Part shown: in pieces, positions 36,783-40,110 of the stretch
How positions within the stretch are numbered: the first letter of the stretch is position 1
How the letters are laid out: the number at the start of each line of letters is the position of its first letter
DNA from: an uncultured Clostridia bacterium
Lineage (GTDB): Bacteria; Acidobacteriota; Aminicenantia; JBFLYD01; JBBIMS01
Direction: 5' to 3'
NCBI GenBank assembly: GCA_964517525.1
Contig: CAZFCI010000070.1
Coordinates: 1 to 40,110, forward strand
Length of the DNA stretch: 40,110 bases
Translations under genes and position numbers: made by a program
The notes under the pieces: model-generated
What the model was told of the DNA's origin: nothing
The model's input: only the letters and a program-made list of their open reading frames with translations
Databases searched by the model: none

Positions 36783-37910
36783 ATGATTTACCTTGACAAC
36801 AACGCAACAACTCCTATTGACCCGAGGGTAAAGGAAAGAATAAAAGAAGTCTTAGAATTATTTGGAAACCCATCATCCCTATACCCTATTGGGAAAAAGG
36901 TAAGGGACATTGTTGAGGAAGCAAGGGAGGAAGTTGCAAGTTTTATTGGAGCAAAGAGGGAGGAAATTTTCTTTACATCCTCAGGAACAGAAGCCAATAA
37001 CTGGGCAATTAAAGGAGTCCTTGAAGCCAATCCTGAGAAAGACTCTGTTCTTGTCTCTTCCATTGAACATCCTTCAATAATTGACCTATGCAATTATCTT
37101 GAGAAAAAGCAAAAAAAGGTTTTATACATTCCTGTTGACAGGTATGGAGTTGTTGACATTGATTTTATTGAGAAAAATATAAATGAAAGGACTGCAATAG
37201 TCTCAGTTATGCATGCAAATAACGAGATTGGAACAATTCAGCCCATAAAGGAGATATCAAAAATATGCAAGAAAAAAGGGGTAATTTTTCATTCCGATGC
37301 AGTTCAGACCCTTGGGAAAATAAAAGTAAATGTGGAAGATTTAGGGGTAGACCTTTTGAGTGGTTCTGCCCATAAAATTTACGGTCCAAAAGGTGTTGGT
37401 TTTCTCTATATAAGAAAGGGGACTTCCATAAATCCAATTATCCATGGAGAGCAGGAAAGGAAAATGAGGGGTGGAACAGAGAATGTCTCAGGAATAATTG
37501 GTCTTGGAAAGGCAGTGAGCTTAATGAAACAAGAAATGGAGAAGTACCAGAAAAGCATAAAGGAGCTATCTCAGAGACTTATTGGGGGTTTAAAGAAAAT
37601 TGATGGAATCCATTTCAACGGACATCCAGAGAAAAGACTTGATTCAACAATTAGCATCTCAATTGAGGGAATTGATGGGGAGGCTCTTTTAATGGCTCTT
37701 GCAACAAAGGATATATATATATCAACAGGATCAGCGTGCAGTGAGGGTAAAGAAGGACCATCCCATGTTTTAAAGGCAATAGGGTTGCCCGATGAGCTTG
37801 CAGAATCAACCATCAGAATTTCCCTTGGTAAATTCAATACTCCTGAAAATGTTGATGAATTCTTAAAAGTATTTGAAAAAATGGTTAAGGAGCTGAGGGT
37901 TATAGGATGA
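36783..37910 (+). CDS. cysteine desulfurase (NifS/IscS class-V aminotransferase)
   Basis: IYLDNNATTP N-terminus, PLP-Lys SGSAHKIYGPKG, catalytic Cys loop STGSACSEG. Confidence 0.9.
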   Translation: MIYLDNNATTPIDPRVKERIKEVLELFGNPSSLYPIGKKVRDIVEEAREEVASFIGAKREEIFFTSSGTEANNWAIKGVLEANPEKDSVLVSSIEHPSIIDLCNYLEKKQKKVLYIPVDRYGVVDIDFIEKNINERTAIVSVMHANNEIGTIQPIKEISKICKKKGVIFHSDAVQTLGKIKVNVEDLGVDLLSGSAHKIYGPKGVGFLYIRKGTSINPIIHGEQERKMRGGTENVSGIIGLGKAVSLMKQEMEKYQKSIKELSQRLIGGLKKIDGIHFNGHPEKRLDSTISISIEGIDGEALLMALATKDIYISTGSACSEGKEGPSHVLKAIGLPDELAESTIRISLGKFNTPENVDEFLKVFEKMVKELRVIG

Positions 37911-37959
37911 AAGGGCGAGAAAAGCGAGAGAAGTTGAGAAAGAAATATTGGAGGTTTTG

Positions 37960-38835
37960 ATGAATATAATTGAGTTTATGAAGAAAAATATTTTAATTCT
38001 CGATGGAGCAATGGGAACTCAGCTGATTGAAAGGGGATTGAAAAAGGGAGAATGCCCTGAATTGTGGAATATTGAGAAACCAGAAATAATTAAGGAAATT
38101 CACAGAAGTTATTTCGAGGCTGGTTCTGATGCAGTTTTGACAAATACTTTTGGTGGGAACTCTATAAAACTATCCCATTTCAAACTTGAGGATAGGGCAT
38201 GGGAAATAAATCTTGCAGGAGCAAAGATTGCTGTTTCTGTAAAGCCAGAGGGAAAATTTGTTGGAGGTGATATTGGACCAACAGGAAAAATTTTAAAGCC
38301 CTATGGACCATTGGATGAAACAACAGCAACCTCTTCCTTTGAAGAGCAAGCTAAAGCTCTTGCAGAGGGAAATGTTGACTTCATAATAATAGAGACAATG
38401 TCAGACCTGAGAGAAGCAGTATGTGCATTGAGGGGTGCAAAAAAGGGAACCTTTCTACCAATTTTTGTATCCCTTGCATATCAAAGAACACCACGGGGAT
38501 TTTTCACAATTATGGGGAATCCAATATCTCAATGCGTAAGAACTCTTGAAGATGAGGGAGCAGATGCTATTGGTGCAAACTGTAACATTGGAAGCGCTGA
38601 AATGGTTATCCTTGTTGAGGAATTAAAAGCCCATACAAACCTTCCAGTATTTGTAGAGCCAAATGCTGGAAAACCAATTCTTTCTGAGAATGGAACTGTT
38701 TGCTATGAGGAGAGTCCTGAATATTTTGCTGAAAACATCTCAAAAATTATTGAAATTGGAGTTAATGGAATAGGCGGATGCTGTGGAACAACCCCTCTCT
38801 ACATAAAGAAAATTGTTGAGAAAGTAAGAGGCTGA
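37960..38835 (+). CDS. homocysteine S-methyltransferase domain protein (MetH N-terminal module, stand-alone)
   Basis: ILDGAMGTQL, IETMSD, and zinc ligands in GANCN and GGCCGTTP. ATG 37960 (GGAGG 5 nt upstream) is preferred over the listed TTG 37948. Confidence 0.85.
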   Translation: MNIIEFMKKNILILDGAMGTQLIERGLKKGECPELWNIEKPEIIKEIHRSYFEAGSDAVLTNTFGGNSIKLSHFKLEDRAWEINLAGAKIAVSVKPEGKFVGGDIGPTGKILKPYGPLDETTATSSFEEQAKALAEGNVDFIIIETMSDLREAVCALRGAKKGTFLPIFVSLAYQRTPRGFFTIMGNPISQCVRTLEDEGADAIGANCNIGSAEMVILVEELKAHTNLPVFVEPNAGKPILSENGTVCYEESPEYFAENISKIIEIGVNGIGGCCGTTPLYIKKIVEKVRG

Positions 38836-38837
38836 AA

Positions 38838-39632
38838 ATGATACTCATTGGAGAGAGGCTTAACTCCTCAAGGAAAGAAGTCCATCAGGCTCTATTAAAC
38901 AGGGATAAAGATTTTTTCATAAAAAATGCAAAAATGCAAAGGGAAAAGGGAACAGATTTTATTGATCTAAATACAGCATCAATGATAGAAAAGGAACTTG
39001 AATTTATGAAGTGGGCAATAGAAATTATACAGGCAGAAGAGGAGATTCCAATATCAATTGACTCTCCAAATTTAGAAGTTCTTGAAGAAGCAATAAATTA
39101 CTGTAAAGGTCCTACAATCTTAAACTCAATTACGGTTGATGAAAGAAAGATTGAAAGGATAGCTCCAATTGTGAAAGAGAAAGAACCCTATGTTGTTGTA
39201 ATGCTAATGGATGCTTCAGTTCCATCAACTCCAGAGGATTGTTTGAGAAAGCTTGAGAAATCCCTTGAAATATTGGAGAAATACGGACTAAAAAAGGATA
39301 ATTTTTTCTTTGATCCCCTTTTAAGACCTATTGGTGTTGAAAGCAAAAATGCTGTTCTATTTTTAAATTCTCTTAAAATCATAAAAGAAAAATATCCTGA
39401 AGTAAAAACAATTTGTGGCTTAAGCAATGTGTCCTTCGGACTTCCTTCAAGAAAGCTCATAAATAGAACTCTCCTTCCCCTTATCCTCCAATACCAAATT
39501 GATGCCATAATCCTCGATGTCCTCGATGAAAAACTTCTCTCCACAATGATTGTATCCCAAGCCCTTCTTGGAAAAGAAAATGGTTTAATGAGACTTCTAA
39601 AGGCAAAAAGGGAAGGGAAATTGGTGGATTAG
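38838..39632 (+). CDS. pterin-binding (methyltetrahydrofolate) methyltransferase domain protein (MetH module 2 / MeTr-like, stand-alone)
   Basis: MILIGERLNSS start, DLNT, GLSNVSFG. 264 aa, the size of MeTr/AcsE-type proteins. Starts 2 nt after the previous stop. Confidence 0.8.
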   Translation: MILIGERLNSSRKEVHQALLNRDKDFFIKNAKMQREKGTDFIDLNTASMIEKELEFMKWAIEIIQAEEEIPISIDSPNLEVLEEAINYCKGPTILNSITVDERKIERIAPIVKEKEPYVVVMLMDASVPSTPEDCLRKLEKSLEILEKYGLKKDNFFFDPLLRPIGVESKNAVLFLNSLKIIKEKYPEVKTICGLSNVSFGLPSRKLINRTLLPLILQYQIDAIILDVLDEKLLSTMIVSQALLGKENGLMRLLKAKREGKLVD

Positions 39633-39638
39633 GGCTTT

Positions 39639-39920
39639 TTAACTCATAAGGAACTTTCCATTTGAGTCAAATTTGAATATCTTGTTCCATCCTGAGTCTG
39701 CCACATAGAGATTTCCCTCATCATCACAACATAAACCTGTTATCTTTATGAAGAAATTCTCTCTTTCAGATGAAAAACCATCTTTTATCTCTCCTACTTT
39801 CTTAAGATACTGAACTTTCTCTTCGGAGAAGCTTGTATATGGAAGAAGTAAGAAGGTAGCAAAAACACAGAGGAAAATTAATAAAACCCCTTCCCTCTTA
39901 AAATCATTTAAACTCCTCAT
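39639..39920 (-). CDS. small secreted protein with a single NHL-like repeat (possible gene remnant)
   Basis: Hydrophobic signal-like segment, then GNLYVADSGWNKIFKFDSNGKF, a good match to one NHL blade. The ORF stops right after it. SD-like GGAGAGG 5 nt before the ATG. Confidence 0.35.
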   Translation of the reverse strand: MRSLNDFKREGVLLIFLCVFATFLLLPYTSFSEEKVQYLKKVGEIKDGFSSERENFFIKITGLCCDDEGNLYVADSGWNKIFKFDSNGKFLMS

Positions 39921-39948
39921 CTCATCCTCTCCATCAAAAACTCAGGGC

Positions 39949-40110
39949 TCATAAATCTTTCATCCCCTTCTCTCTCAGAATAAACAACCTTCCCTTCTCT
40001 GTCAAATATAAATATCCTCGGGTCAAAAAGCCATCTAAGAACCTTTCAAAATAATTTAAATGAAAGATTTGATGGGTTCTTCCTCTTTTTATTATCGAGC
40101 TCAGTATTTC
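39949..40110 (-). CDS. 3' end of an unidentified gene running off the window edge
   Basis: Minus-strand frame open from nt 40110 to stop 39951-39949, giving ...FLDGFLTRGYLYLTEKGRLFILREKGMKDL. The L-T-E-K-G-R-L-F tail faintly recalls HemN_C/HemW C-termini. Too short to call. Confidence 0.3.
   Translation of the reverse strand, partial: EILSSIIKRGRTHQIFHLNYFERFLDGFLTRGYLYLTEKGRLFILREKGMKDL

Noticed and set aside
37911-37947. Purine-rich tract GGGCGAGAAAAGCGAGAGAAGTTGAGAAAGAAA between nifS and the MetH-like gene, considered as a regulatory RNA or riboswitch fragment.
   Set aside because: Far too short for a SAM or B12 riboswitch and has no pairing partner. Most simply it is an extended purine-rich ribosome-loading region ahead of GGAGG and ATG 37960.
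39917-40045. A second NHL-like reading (..FDPRIFIFDREGKVVYSE..) in another minus-strand frame upstream of the 93-aa ORF, suggesting a fragmented NHL gene.
   Set aside because: This frame has no usable start and is closed by a TGA at 40046-40048. A different minus-strand frame is open all the way to the window edge (39949-40110) and explains the region as the 3' end of a normal gene. The NHL resemblance is short and may be coincidental.
1-40110. Whole-window scan by eye for tRNA or rRNA genes, CRISPR repeat arrays, IS inverted repeats, integrases, toxin-antitoxin pairs or defence genes.
   Set aside because: No intergenic gap exceeds about 235 nt, and none shows tRNA-like GC-rich stems or spaced direct repeats. 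Every long ORF has a housekeeping or metabolic assignment. A covariance-model scan (tRNAscan-SE, Infernal/Rfam) would be needed to exclude small RNAs formally.

Overview
AT-rich (mid-30s % GC by eye, not computed), very gene-dense chromosomal segment. I support 41 protein-coding genes or gene fragments. Reading both strands I found no tRNA or rRNA, CRISPR array, transposase, integrase or phage genes. Gene content suggests an uncultivated anaerobic, possibly thermophilic, diderm bacterium: Lol lipoprotein export, a four-subunit ferredoxin-dependent 2-oxoacid oxidoreductase, ThyX, archaeal-type ApgM, multiheme cytochromes and K/E/I-rich proteins. The taxon cannot be assigned without a database search.

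Layout:
- 1-3369: mrp, M50 protease, convergent PAS/HD-GYP gene.
- 3454-5687 (-): M28 peptidase plus small beta-barrel protein.
- 5787-9088 (+): two paralogous 11-heme cytochromes c plus a b-type cytochrome subunit.
- 9051-11727 (+): apgM, a secreted protein, a ZIP transporter.
- 11821-16978 (-): DUF3617-like protein, lpd, small membrane protein plus Memo-AMMECR1 fusion, lysA.
- 17075-22096 (+): crotonase-ribH-nusB-lysS-lolC/E-lolD.
- 22108-29682 (-): one long string, oxidoreductase delta-alpha-beta-gamma, dprA, ECF energising module, diiron protein, thyX.
- 29916-33301 (+): family-5 solute-binding protein coupled to a histidine kinase.
- 33370-39632 (+): class-V aminotransferase, short SerA-like dehydrogenase, DUF1015, NifS-like desulfurase, and a split MetH-like pair with no B12 domain.
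- 39639-40110 (-): small NHL-like ORF and a partial gene.

Most of the window is housekeeping, and I see no clear-cut novel system such as a defence island. The candidates worth follow-up are:
1. the membrane-anchored twin undecaheme plus cytochrome b module, which has no catalytic partner;
2. DUF1015 embedded in a serine/one-carbon/sulfur operon;
3. the cobalamin-domain-less split methionine-synthase pair;
4. the solute-binding-protein/orphan-kinase pair with a CRP/FNR-like palindrome upstream;
5. the Memo-AMMECR1 fusion without its radical SAM partner;
6. several promoters placed so close to start codons that the mRNAs would be leaderless.

All family assignments rest on motifs read by eye. 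No searches were run.
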